NCBI GenBank assembly: GCA_051003195.1
Contig: JBPCLP010000008.1
Coordinates: 64,001-128,000, forward strand
Direction: 5' to 3'
Length of the DNA: 64,000 bases
Source: Candidatus Sumerlaeaceae bacterium
Lineage (GTDB): Bacteria; Sumerlaeota; Sumerlaeia; Sumerlaeales; Sumerlaeaceae
Part shown: positions 28,490 to 37,698 of the stretch, in pieces
How positions within the stretch are numbered: position 1 is the stretch's first letter
Layout of the letters: the number at the start of each line of letters is the position of its first letter
Translations under genes and position numbers: made by a program
Notes under the pieces: generated by a model
What the model was told of the DNA's origin: nothing
Databases searched by the model: none
The model's input: the letters and a program-made list of their open reading frames with translations, nothing else

Positions 28490-29350
28490 ATGGCCGTTTC
28501 ACCCGAAGTAAGACGACTCGCGCAACAGGCGCTTAAAATCCGCAATTCGCAGGTGCCGCTGCACCGTGTGATCGACATTCTCGCCACTGAAGAAGGCGAC
28601 ATCAGCACGGTGATGAACCGGTTCCGCGATATCCGCAATGAAGACCTGCGCCGCGCGCTGCACCAATGCGCCGTACTGTTGCGGCAGGTGGAGCAGGAGG
28701 CGGGCCTTACTCCCGCCTGGGAGCAGGGTACAAAATCGGCAGCGGCGCCAGCCCCGCAGAACGCTGCATCGCAGCCGCAGCAGGCTAAGACGCAGAAGCC
28801 GGTAAAGATAAAGTTTCGCCCCGACGAGCTGCTGAACTTCGAAGACGAGACCTCGCGCGGGCAGGTCCGCATGGCGAAAGTCTATGTGGATGGTGCCAGC
28901 AAGGGCAACCCGGGCGATGCCGGCATCGGGATCGCCATGTTCAGCATGGAGGGCAAAAAGATCGCGCAACTTGCCCGCGCCATTGGCCTCGCAACCAACA
29001 ACATCGCCGAGTACACTGCACTCATCGAAGCGATGCAGATGGCAAAGCGCATGGGTATCCAGGTGCTGCATGTCATCAGCGACAGTGAGCTTATGGTGAA
29101 ACAGATGACCGGCCTTTACAAGGTGAAGAACACGGAGATCCTGAAAAAGGTGCAGGAAGCGCAGGCGCTGAAGAAGAGCTTCGAGCGCTTTAATATCAAC
29201 TACGTCGGCCGCGAATACAATACGTTGGCGGACGCGTTGTCGACGTTGCTGCTGAAGAAAAAGGAGCCCGACGCACCGCCGGGTGAGCCCGCCAGCGACG
29301 ACGTGATGGGCACGGTCGACGATTTCGCGGACGAAGGGTCGACCGAGTAG
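28490..29350 (+). CDS. Ribonuclease HI-family protein with N-terminal extension
   Basis: VYVDGASKGNPG, TNNIAEY, ISDSELMVKQM, REYNTLADAL (D-E-D-D catalytic set). Confidence 0.92.
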   Translation: MAVSPEVRRLAQQALKIRNSQVPLHRVIDILATEEGDISTVMNRFRDIRNEDLRRALHQCAVLLRQVEQEAGLTPAWEQGTKSAAAPAPQNAASQPQQAKTQKPVKIKFRPDELLNFEDETSRGQVRMAKVYVDGASKGNPGDAGIGIAMFSMEGKKIAQLARAIGLATNNIAEYTALIEAMQMAKRMGIQVLHVISDSELMVKQMTGLYKVKNTEILKKVQEAQALKKSFERFNINYVGREYNTLADALSTLLLKKKEPDAPPGEPASDDVMGTVDDFADEGSTE

Positions 29351-29352
29351 CG

Positions 29353-30261
29353 ATGTTGGACGCACCCGTGGTTGTCGCACCTGCTGAGGAACCGGGACTG
29401 GCCAACGCACCGGTTTCGGAGCGGCGATCTCTATGGCATTTCGTCTGGCTGCGCCTCCGCAGAAATCGCAGTGCAATGTTCGGTGGACTGCTGCTTGTCG
29501 TTATCGTCTGCACCGCGTTTGCCGGGCTATTCCTCGCGCGGAACACGTTTAACATCCAGACGACGGAGGTGCGGCTGCCGCCGTCCTCGTGGCACTGGTT
29601 TGGCACTGACGACCTTGGACGCGACATCCGCGAGCGGCTGCTCTACGGCGCACACCTGACCCTGGGAACCGGCGTGTGCATCGTGCTGCTGGCGTCTTTG
29701 TTCGGCGTGCCGCTTGGCCTTGCGTCCGCCTACTTTGGTGGGCGCCTGGATAACTGGAGCATGCGCGCGATGGACGTGCTGCTGGCGTTCCCGTCCATCC
29801 TGCTCGCCATGGCCATCATGGCAGCACTGGGATTTAATCTGCGCAATATTGTGATCGCGATTGCGATCGTTTACATCCCGAAGTTCGCGAGGGTGGCGCG
29901 GTCCGCAGCGCTGGTGGAGCGGCAGCTCGATTACGTCCGCGCGGCGGAGGCGCTGGGTTGCGGTCGACGGCGAATCCTGTTTCTCCACCTGCTGCCGAAC
30001 TGCATCGCACCGGTCCTGGTACTATCGACGCTGAGCCTGGCCACCGCGATCCTGGAGGCTGCGGCGCTATCGTTCCTCGGGCTCGGAGCGCAGCCGCCGC
30101 TGCCCGAATGGGGTCGCATGCTCAACGACGGACGTGCGACTTTCCAGACGCATCCCCACATGATGCTTTTCCCGGGGCTGGCGATCGCGACGACTGTCCT
30201 TGCAGTCAACCTGCTGGGCGACGGCTTGCGTGACGCCTTCGATGTGCGGCTGGGGCAGTAA
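29353..30261 (+). CDS. Dipeptide/oligopeptide ABC permease (DppC/OppC type)
   Basis: HWFGTDDLGRD, YVRAAEALG, LEAAALSFLGLG, PEWG, NLLGDGLRDAFD. Confidence 0.95.
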   Translation: MLDAPVVVAPAEEPGLANAPVSERRSLWHFVWLRLRRNRSAMFGGLLLVVIVCTAFAGLFLARNTFNIQTTEVRLPPSSWHWFGTDDLGRDIRERLLYGAHLTLGTGVCIVLLASLFGVPLGLASAYFGGRLDNWSMRAMDVLLAFPSILLAMAIMAALGFNLRNIVIAIAIVYIPKFARVARSAALVERQLDYVRAAEALGCGRRRILFLHLLPNCIAPVLVLSTLSLATAILEAAALSFLGLGAQPPLPEWGRMLNDGRATFQTHPHMMLFPGLAIATTVLAVNLLGDGLRDAFDVRLGQ

Positions 30262-30264
30262 ACT

Positions 30265-31086
30265 CTACCCGCTTACCTTGTCTGCTTTCATGCGGTAGAT
30301 GCTGAGGACGAAACCGTCTTCGACTTTTTCGCCCGCCTCCATCTGGCCGTAGACCTTAATCGGTCGATCGACGTTGAACTCGGCGGTCTTGCCCTCGGGC
30401 ATCGTGACATCGATCCACTCGTTCATCTTCTGGGTATCGCCGAAACAGCACTGCGGCTGTGTCTTCACGAGTACGAAAGTTTTCACGCCACCGTTGTCGT
30501 CGACCTGCATCGGTACCATCCAGCCCTCGACCATAGCCTTGCTTCCGCTGAGCGCCATCACATCGGCCGGTATCTGGTTCTTCTTCCGTTCTGCTTCAAT
30601 CTCTTCTGGTTTGGCGCCCTCGCGCGGTACCGGTTCGATGTAGTTATAACCGGCGAGCACCTGCCAATTGAGTTCCTTATAACCGCTGGTGTCGGCGGGC
30701 TCGGGCGAGGCTGGTGGAGGCGGGGGAGATCCACCCGCGACGGATGCGACTTCCAGGCGTGGGACAGGGGTCGCGGAGGGAATCCTGGAAATGTCGGCGG
30801 GAATATCGGCTGCGCTTGCAGGCTTTGCAGGCGAAGCTTCCGTCGGCTCTTTCGCGGGGGAGGGAGCTTCCGGGGCTGCGATTGCCGCAGGCGTTGCGGC
30901 GACGGCAGCCTGGGCCGGCTGGTTGAAGCTGGAACCCTGGATAATTTCAGCCGGCGCAGCGGCTATGTCAGCGCTGGACGAGCGCTGAAACATCACGGCT
31001 CCTGCAAAGCCGGCGATTGCCAGTACACCGAGAGCGACGATGACTCCCACATTCAGGGATCCGTGTTTCGTGCTACGTTGCTGCAT
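30265..31086 (-). CDS. Membrane-anchored DUF3299-like OB-fold protein
   Basis: N-terminal TM, Pro/Ala linker, GWMVP...FVLV...QCCFG...NEWIDV. Confidence 0.8.
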   Translation of the reverse strand: MQQRSTKHGSLNVGVIVALGVLAIAGFAGAVMFQRSSSADIAAAPAEIIQGSSFNQPAQAAVAATPAAIAAPEAPSPAKEPTEASPAKPASAADIPADISRIPSATPVPRLEVASVAGGSPPPPPASPEPADTSGYKELNWQVLAGYNYIEPVPREGAKPEEIEAERKKNQIPADVMALSGSKAMVEGWMVPMQVDDNGGVKTFVLVKTQPQCCFGDTQKMNEWIDVTMPEGKTAEFNVDRPIKVYGQMEAGEKVEDGFVLSIYRMKADKVSG

Positions 31087-31161
31087 GCTTAAACCTCACC
31101 TGGACTTCATAACTTCACACCCTATTACGTACTGTGGGCACGCATCTTCGCTGCAACTCAG

Positions 31162-31635
31162 TTATGGAAATGTTACCGGGACTTTTTTGAAGGTCGATCC
31201 CTTGGCTGAAACTTCCCGGATGGTTCCCTTGAACTGCTTTGCGCCCTTCAGAACGCTTAATGGACCACTGAATTCAGAGGTGCTTCCCACCCTCTCACCG
31301 GTGAGCGCATTATCCACTGCTTTTAGCGCCAACGTGGCAGTGGTCGATTTTCCCCTGATCGAATTCAGGTCGAGGAGGATTTCCTTTTGTGAAATTCGTA
31401 CCGGGTTTTCCGCGTGATCGTCCAGCACGTAGCCGGTCAGCTTGCCAGCGTCGTGGTCGATGACGAGTTCCAGGTTTACGAACTCATCGGCCAGCACAAC
31501 CAGTTTGCCTCCATGCGGCGCATGGTGAACATGCTCGTGGTGCTGCGCCGGCTGGGTGCCTGCTGGTTGAGCCTGGATCACTGGAACCAACGCTCCAAAG
31601 AACAGGACAATGGTCGCCACTTGGACACGTTTCAT
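31162..31635 (-). CDS. Exported His-rich protein, putative metal binding
   Basis: Signal peptide; HHEHVHHAPHGGKLV...LELV...GKLTGYVLD. Confidence 0.75.
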   Translation of the reverse strand: MKRVQVATIVLFFGALVPVIQAQPAGTQPAQHHEHVHHAPHGGKLVVLADEFVNLELVIDHDAGKLTGYVLDDHAENPVRISQKEILLDLNSIRGKSTTATLALKAVDNALTGERVGSTSEFSGPLSVLKGAKQFKGTIREVSAKGSTFKKVPVTFP

Positions 31636-31718
31636 GTTACCTCCACATTTAACCAGGTTACGATTTTTGGATAATACTAATTCCGCGCTCAAGTAATCGG
31701 GCTTTTAATGGTTTGCGG

Positions 31719-33380
31719 TTAAAGTCCCCCGGTTGTGCGCAAATCGTATGCGGCTACGGTCCAATGCGGGTTTTGACACGTATGCCTGGCAACAAGTTTA
31801 GTGGCGGCGAGTTCTTCTCGACTTACGGCGAACTGCGGGTCGTTCCAGGTGTTCGGGTCGGTGAAGACGATTTGCGGTTTTTCAAAGGACGAGAAGTCGA
31901 CGCGCTTGAGGGCGGGACGATATTGCGCCTGGCGTCCGGTTTCGACAATAGACCATTTCCAGAGCGGAGCAAATGAACGGGCTGCGCTGTTGGCATTTAT
32001 GGTCCCGCCATTCTCGCGGACGTAGTCGAGCGTCGATGCAACCGCTCCTGAAATTGGGGAACGGGCTTGCCACAGATGCAGCCAGCCGGATCGAGTTACA
32101 TGTGCCGCCTGCAACAACAGGACGGCTGTTGTAAGCACTGCCAGCATGCGGGGACGTTGATTCACTTGGGTGATTTGCTGCATTGCCGAGATTGCGCCGG
32201 CGACCAGTAGCCAGGCAGCCACGATCAGCATACCCCACGAGCGCTCTACTTTCCAAGGGTGCAGTGCCCAGAACCCGAGTAGCAGCAGAAAGAAGACACC
32301 TGCAGGAGCAATTCGCCGACGCGACCAGAATTGAAGGGTCATGGCAACCGCAACGATATGCCCCAGCCAGATACCAATACCTTCACGCCCGGCTACGCGC
32401 CCAGCATAGGCGACAGCGTCATAGCCCCACCCGCGCGCTCCCTCGCCCACCTCGTCCCCGCGCAAAGCAGGTAGCTGGTAGACGCCGACGATCTGCATGA
32501 GCTCAGCGAAGTAGTTCTGATACTTTGGATAAATCGGCCGCAGCTTGTGCTCCGCAGCCATACTCCCAAGCTGAAAGGTGGCGAGCACTAAAGCGATACC
32601 AAGAAACGTAAAAAGCCAGGCGCGAATGCGTGAACGTACCGCGGCGCCGATGGATGGCTGCGTGATTGCCAGGTTGTTGCGTGCGAAGAGATAATCTGCA
32701 GCGAACGCCGCCGCAATGCCAGGCAGTAGATTATAGTGGCAGGTGAAGCCGTAGCCGAACAGCACACCTGCCAGCAGCGCGCACGCACCAGCCCAGCGTT
32801 TTTTGTCATCGACAGACAGCAGCATCGCGAATCCAGCGCTGCCGAATGCAAGCGACCAGATGGTGCCTCCGACTTCACGTGAGAGATATCCGAGCAGGGG
32901 CGACAAACCGATTCCGACAACGGAAATCACCTGGGGCAGCAAAGCGCGGCCATAGAGCTGCCTCGTAATTATGCCGCCAAAAACGACGATGACCATACCG
33001 GCAACCCAGGCCAGCCACAGCGCCGCCTTCCCGGTAAGACCCACCGCGAAAGAAGCAATCGCCAGCCCAACGATGTAACCAGGTTTGCCGGCGGGATAAA
33101 GCGTGCCACCCTGCCGGTGAAGTGTCTGTTTCAATTTAGCCAGCTCTGCGGTGGAAGATTGCCACGGCCCGCCGTGTGCCATCCAACGGATCACGTCCGA
33201 GTATGTGCGCGCCGCCAGAAGATTGTGTCCTTCGTCGTGCTCCAGAAGGCCGCGTTGGTTCAGGCCGTATCCATGCCAAATTCCAACGCACACAAACAGC
33301 ACCATCAGCAACATGCCGCGCTGAAATGGCGTAAGTGCGGAAGCTTTTACGTTGGTTGATTCTACGGGCGTCCTGCGCAT
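31719..33380 (-). CDS. Polytopic membrane protein, GT-C (ArnT/PMT-like) glycosyltransferase
   Basis: First TM followed by the acidic HDEG motif, then many TM segments. Confidence 0.65.
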   Translation of the reverse strand: MRRTPVESTNVKASALTPFQRGMLLMVLFVCVGIWHGYGLNQRGLLEHDEGHNLLAARTYSDVIRWMAHGGPWQSSTAELAKLKQTLHRQGGTLYPAGKPGYIVGLAIASFAVGLTGKAALWLAWVAGMVIVVFGGIITRQLYGRALLPQVISVVGIGLSPLLGYLSREVGGTIWSLAFGSAGFAMLLSVDDKKRWAGACALLAGVLFGYGFTCHYNLLPGIAAAFAADYLFARNNLAITQPSIGAAVRSRIRAWLFTFLGIALVLATFQLGSMAAEHKLRPIYPKYQNYFAELMQIVGVYQLPALRGDEVGEGARGWGYDAVAYAGRVAGREGIGIWLGHIVAVAMTLQFWSRRRIAPAGVFFLLLLGFWALHPWKVERSWGMLIVAAWLLVAGAISAMQQITQVNQRPRMLAVLTTAVLLLQAAHVTRSGWLHLWQARSPISGAVASTLDYVRENGGTINANSAARSFAPLWKWSIVETGRQAQYRPALKRVDFSSFEKPQIVFTDPNTWNDPQFAVSREELAATKLVARHTCQNPHWTVAAYDLRTTGGL

Positions 33381-33427
33381 AAATGGAAGTGCGACGCGCT
33401 GGCAAAAAGCGTCAACTGCGCAATAAT

Positions 33428-33607
33428 CTATTGTTGGGGCACCCGCTCGGTACTTGGCTCGCGGACGGCATTGGGGTCCGGCTTTTGTTCCAGCTCGTCC
33501 AATTCTTTGCCGGTCGTGGGCTCGCGCATCGAAGGGATTTCGTCCTTATAATAGATAAGAAGTGCAGCCAGCAAAAGCAGCACGATCAGCAGCCACTTGA
33601 AGTTCAT
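33428..33607 (-). CDS. Small membrane-anchored protein (59 aa)
   Basis: Hand translation MNFKWLLIVLLLLAALLIYYKDEIPSMREPTTGKELDELEQKPDPNAVREPSTERVPQQ; GAGG RBS; absent from the track. Confidence 0.6.
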   Translation of the reverse strand: MNFKWLLIVLLLLAALLIYYKDEIPSMREPTTGKELDELEQKPDPNAVREPSTERVPQQ

Positions 33608-33716
33608 GCAACCTCAGTGGCCAGCGAGGGAGGCAGTTGTCCAGAAAGTACCAGTCGAACATTTTCGCAATCCACCACGAGGTAAACACGTTGCAGAAAC
33701 GCGCGTCTATGCATGG

Positions 33717-34763
33717 TCAGGTGGCTGTGCGACTTTGCAGAAAAGCCAGTGCCGCCAAAATCATTTGTGCTTGTAGCGTCACCTGCTTATGGAGTGGCAC
33801 GGGTTCGAGCTGGTATTTTTCCATCAGCTCTTTTGCAGGTGCCAAATTTCCGTGTTCTGCGGCAGCGCGCGCGGCAGGCAATGCTTCACGGAAGTGCTCA
33901 TACGCGGTCGCGCCGCGCTGAAGCGGCACATCGGGCGGACGTTGGGCGGGGTCCATAATCATGAAAAGCGGCAGCTCGCTGACCATAAGCAGCGGATCGC
34001 CGCCAAGAGATTGCACGAATTCCATGGAACTGGGACGGAACTGCGCGGCGGTTGTGGCATCGTTGCGCTCGAGGAAGTAAGTGCGCATAGCGGTAGAAGT
34101 GGGCGTGGTGCAAAAGCCAGGCGCGATGCGCGTGAATCCCTTTTCACCATGACGCTCGATATCGTGCAGTGGAAAGCCGTGACTCTTCGCAAGTCGCGCG
34201 AGCTGTTGCTGCAGAGGCTGAGTGCGATTCGACCACTCTTTACAAATGAGAAACCACGCGCCCTCGGCAAACGCCATCCCGTGCAGCGATGTGTGGAACA
34301 AGTATGGACCATGTGGCCTGAGAAAATCTGCAACCGCCTGGTTTTCGGGACGTAGCGCCGGCTCACCATTCGCAGGATAGCCGAACTCGATATCATCGCC
34401 TGGTGCTTCGCGCACGACGTTCTGAAAATAATTAAATGGATCGAGCGGATCGGCAAACCACCTGGAGTTTAATGCTGAGCCGTCGGGATTTGTCTGGGCG
34501 CAAATGCAGAACGTAAAATCTCGTGTGAACTGCCGTGCATCGGGTTGGCCCGAGGCAAGCCAAACGGCCAGCTCGATGGCCGTCATGGGTCCAACAGGTT
34601 CGTCCGAGTGGGCCCCGGCGGTGATACTGACATGAAGCGGCCCCGATCCGATTCGCAGTCCAACCATTTCGCGGCCCGCGCGCGAACGGCCAATCATGAG
34701 TTGCTCGTGAGCTGTGCCGGTCTTAGCCGCGGCGGCAACGATTTCTGCCAGCAGGCGGGGCAT
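33717..34763 (-). CDS. M14-family zinc carboxypeptidase-like protein
   Basis: IGRSRAGR, AGAHSDEPVG (HxxE), TNPDG, PENQA, TSLHG. Start moved to ATG 34763 to avoid overlap. Confidence 0.85.
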   Translation of the reverse strand: MPRLLAEIVAAAAKTGTAHEQLMIGRSRAGREMVGLRIGSGPLHVSITAGAHSDEPVGPMTAIELAVWLASGQPDARQFTRDFTFCICAQTNPDGSALNSRWFADPLDPFNYFQNVVREAPGDDIEFGYPANGEPALRPENQAVADFLRPHGPYLFHTSLHGMAFAEGAWFLICKEWSNRTQPLQQQLARLAKSHGFPLHDIERHGEKGFTRIAPGFCTTPTSTAMRTYFLERNDATTAAQFRPSSMEFVQSLGGDPLLMVSELPLFMIMDPAQRPPDVPLQRGATAYEHFREALPAARAAAEHGNLAPAKELMEKYQLEPVPLHKQVTLQAQMILAALAFLQSRTAT

Positions 34764-34839
34764 TGAAGCGTCCGTTACAAAACGTTCGAAAAGATCTCCG
34801 TACCCAATACCTAAATTTAATCCGGCAGAACTGAGTTCG

Positions 34840-35109
34840 TCAGCCACCGACTGGATCGCTGGCGTCCAGCTGGGTGATTCGGTTAACCAACTCCTGAAGC
34901 TGCTCGCGACTTGCTCCACCGCCTGAGCTCGAGGGTTCAGGGTCAGGGTTCTGCACAAGCACTTCGTTCAACTTGGCCATCGCCTGCTGGAAGCGATTAA
35001 CGTTACGGGTTTCGAGCTGCTCCAGGATCAGCGGTTTATTTGGGAAATCGGGAATCGACTGCGCGTAGGCGATCACGTTCTCGAGAGTTTCAAACCGCTG
35101 CGGTTCCAT
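34840..35109 (-). CDS. Hypothetical protein (89 aa)
   Basis: Helical, protein-like composition (MEPQRFETLENVIAYAQSIPDFPNK...). Confidence 0.6.
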   Translation of the reverse strand: MEPQRFETLENVIAYAQSIPDFPNKPLILEQLETRNVNRFQQAMAKLNEVLVQNPDPEPSSSGGGASREQLQELVNRITQLDASDPVGG

Positions 35110-35175
35110 AGGTCACCCACCATTCCTGGATATTGCGTACAACACAGCCTGAAGGCAATTTGCTTGCCGAAGATT

Positions 35176-35279
35176 CAGATCTGCTGCAGGAATGCGGAAC
35201 CGCGCGAGTCCTGCTGTATTCTAGCGTTAATTCGTAATCAGTTCAGTGTGCCGAATCGAGCGTAAATCTCCCTTTGGTC
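35176..35279 (+). repeat. Inverted duplication, pair 2, copy C
   Basis: 35221-35260 matches the reverse complement of 36859-36899 at 36/41 with a 15-bp identical core GTGTGCCGAATCGAG. Weaker collinear similarity continues on both sides. Confidence 0.85.
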
Positions 35280-35400
35280 GGAACAGAAACTACTGATTCC
35301 GCACACTGGTCTGGTGTCCCATTAATTCGTTCACTGGTTTTATGTGCCGTCCGAGCTCGAAAGCTTGCTGAAGTATAGCTATGAACTTCTGCGACGGCAC

Positions 35401-36699
35401 CTAGAACGTAATCAGCACGCTTGCTGCGATCGTGTTCTGGTTTCCGCTGAAGCCATTCCCGCGCTCAAAGGGACGATCGCTACTGGAATCGTGACGGAAC
35501 TCGAGACGGCCCCAAAGGTTCTCGCGGAACTTGTACTGGGCGGTTACGGTATTCTCCCACAACGTCTGGTCGGTACCAGTCCGCACGCCGGCGGCATCCT
35601 TGAAAACTTCCGCGCGATAGGCGTAACTCAGCTTGTCGTCGCATTCGTACTTGAGGTAACCTGCCAGCCCGTGCCACTTGGCTGTCTCTCCGCCGGGTCC
35701 CGCATTCTCTTCCTGCGCGATGTCGACGTTCAGCATGCCGGTGAGCTTTTTGTTAAACTTATAGGTCGCGACAAAGTCAAGAAGGCGACGCTGGTTATGA
35801 TCGTTGTCCGTTTGCTCCGGACCGAAAAGAAAAACGGTCGAAAGACTGAGCTTTTCAGAGCACGTGGCGCCAAGGCGCGTCTCGTAGCTGAGCGCATCAT
35901 TGTTGTCATAGCGAGCAGTGTCCCAGCCGCGGTTCACGCCGAACGTGAAATCGTAAACGTCGTTAATTTTGTAGTTGGCGCGGATACCGGTGTGCGTAAA
36001 CGGAATCGCGTAGCCAAAGAGAAATGACCGGGAAATATTCCAGTTGTCCTTCTGCTCGATGACTTCAGCACCTGCCAGGGTAACGAAGCGTCCAGCTTTC
36101 ACAAGCAGGCCGTTTTCGCCGATGTCGAAAAGGTAGGAAGCGTACAGTTCCTCCCAGTCGAATTTGTCGGTGCGGGCTTCTTCAAAGGGCGAGATTACAT
36201 CTGCGTCCCAGCCCGTCGATACACGTGCTCCAAATCCCCAGCGTGACTCCTTGGTCGGGTCCTTCACTGCGTAGAGCTGAAACATGTTGAGCAGGTAGGC
36301 GTTGTCTTTTCGGTCGAAGACACGTAACGAGTTGACCCGGCTGTCCGGGTGGTTGAAATTGTGGGTAAAGGTCTGATCAATGTATCCATAGAGCTGAATG
36401 TCTTTTGCCCATTCGGCGCAGCAGCAGCGCACAAACTCTTCCTTAAAGTACTGAAGGGGGCGAACATTAGGATCGATCTCGTCCGCCTTCTCTTCCTCTT
36501 CCTCTTTGTCGTCCTTTTTGTCAGCGGCCGCTTCTTCTGCGGGCGCGGCGTGGAACCGCTTTTTCGTAGCCGTCTGGACTGTGGCAGTCGTTGCGTCGGC
36601 GTCGTCCAAACGGACGGTTAAAGAGTCTGCGAAAGCGCATGCCCCGACTAGAACCGTGACAAATAAAAGTGCGATAATCCGAAAGGGGTGTGTCTGCAT
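35401..36699 (-). CDS. Outer-membrane beta-barrel porin (BBP2/DUF1597-like)
   Basis: Signal peptide; LYGYID, GRFVTLAGAEVIE..DNWNISRSFLFGYAIPFTHTG, LEFRHD; C-terminal Phe. Confidence 0.88.
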   Translation of the reverse strand: MQTHPFRIIALLFVTVLVGACAFADSLTVRLDDADATTATVQTATKKRFHAAPAEEAAADKKDDKEEEEEKADEIDPNVRPLQYFKEEFVRCCCAEWAKDIQLYGYIDQTFTHNFNHPDSRVNSLRVFDRKDNAYLLNMFQLYAVKDPTKESRWGFGARVSTGWDADVISPFEEARTDKFDWEELYASYLFDIGENGLLVKAGRFVTLAGAEVIEQKDNWNISRSFLFGYAIPFTHTGIRANYKINDVYDFTFGVNRGWDTARYDNNDALSYETRLGATCSEKLSLSTVFLFGPEQTDNDHNQRRLLDFVATYKFNKKLTGMLNVDIAQEENAGPGGETAKWHGLAGYLKYECDDKLSYAYRAEVFKDAAGVRTGTDQTLWENTVTAQYKFRENLWGRLEFRHDSSSDRPFERGNGFSGNQNTIAASVLITF

Positions 36700-36838
36700 G
36701 GATAAGGTCTGCTCCAGGATCCGATATGTTTAAGGGCGATAGGAGTAGACGTTCGTCATTGGCAAGTAATTTATTTAATTGGCTGCATTTTTCCAAATCG
36801 GCAGGTGCTTTTTGAGCACTATTGTGGTTCCTTACCAG

Positions 36839-36948
36839 GACCAGACGGCAAACTTACCCTCGATTCGGCACACAGAAACTGATGACGAACTAACGGTAGA
36901 CCACACTAGGGCGCGAATGGATTTGCAATTCCCTGGGTTCCAGAGCTG
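36839..36948 (-). repeat. Inverted duplication, pair 2, copy D (overlaps the 3' end of the next gene)
   Basis: GACCAGACGGCAAACTTACCCTCGATTCGGCACACAGAAACTGATGACGAACTAACGGTAG...; partner of 35176-35279. Confidence 0.85.
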
Positions 36949-37523
36949 GGTAAATCGCTGGTACCAGCGGCAATGGCGGCGGAAACAGCCGGGCGAGGTG
37001 GAGGAACGGGGGCGAGCGTGGCTGCACCGCGAACATCGCGTTTACGGCCTTCGGTCTTGCGCAGGCCCTGGGCACTTACAGGATGCCCGAGTTTCTGCGC
37101 GAGCTGCGCCTTCTGCTCGGAAGTGAGAATCGCATCGATGCCCGACGAAAGCTGTTTTGAAATCGCTTCCATTTTCGGACGAAGCTGCTGCGCCATTTTT
37201 TGCCGGTCCGGTGCGCCTGAGGATTCGCCGCCGCTGCGGGTCCTGGGCTTGAATTCATCACGCAGTGCCATCATCTGCTGCTTCACCTGCTGTTCGAGCG
37301 CCGTCAATTGCGTCTGTTGTGCATTGGACAAACTCAGCGCGCGGGCAGCTTGCAGCTTTTGCATCGCTGGACTGTTCGCGATTTTCTGCGCCATGGCATT
37401 CTGCCGGTCGGCCATGCCGCTGTCCTGCTTACCAGGATTGCGGCCGCCCCCTGGTTTTTGTTGTCCTGCTGCTGCAATGGTGCAGATAAAGCAGAGCTGA
37501 ATGACCAGCAATCGAGTTTTCAC
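36906..37523 (-). CDS. Exported Spy/CpxP-like (LTxxQ) helical protein
   Basis: Signal peptide; LSLSNAQQTQL...ILTSEQKAQL; Q/M-rich. Confidence 0.75.
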   Translation of the reverse strand: MKTRLLVIQLCFICTIAAAGQQKPGGGRNPGKQDSGMADRQNAMAQKIANSPAMQKLQAARALSLSNAQQTQLTALEQQVKQQMMALRDEFKPRTRSGGESSGAPDRQKMAQQLRPKMEAISKQLSSGIDAILTSEQKAQLAQKLGHPVSAQGLRKTEGRKRDVRGAATLAPVPPPRPAVSAAIAAGTSDLPSSGTQGIANPFAP

Positions 37524-37564
37524 CGCGCGGACCCTTCCGTTATATCAATCTGTCTGCGGTAGAA

Positions 37565-37580
37565 GGCAACGCTTGTGCCG
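37565..37580 (-). promoter_or_regulatory. Sigma-54 (-24/-12) promoter
   Basis: CGGCACAAGCGTTGCC with GG-N10-GC spacing, 42 bp upstream of the start at 37523. Confidence 0.65.
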
Positions 37581-37698
37581 TGCGTAGAATACTGTGGCTA
37601 CTGGACCGAGAGCGTGTGCGCGTTCGCATTCGTGCGTAAGCGCACCAATCGGAACAGCGGTATTGCATGGTTGTGCCCCGGCGGTGCGATAGACGTTC

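Noticed and set aside
34764..34958. N-terminal extension of the M14 peptidase, or a frameshift fusion with 34840-35109
   Set aside because: An internal ATG at 34763 gives a complete domain without overlap, and I saw no slippery site.
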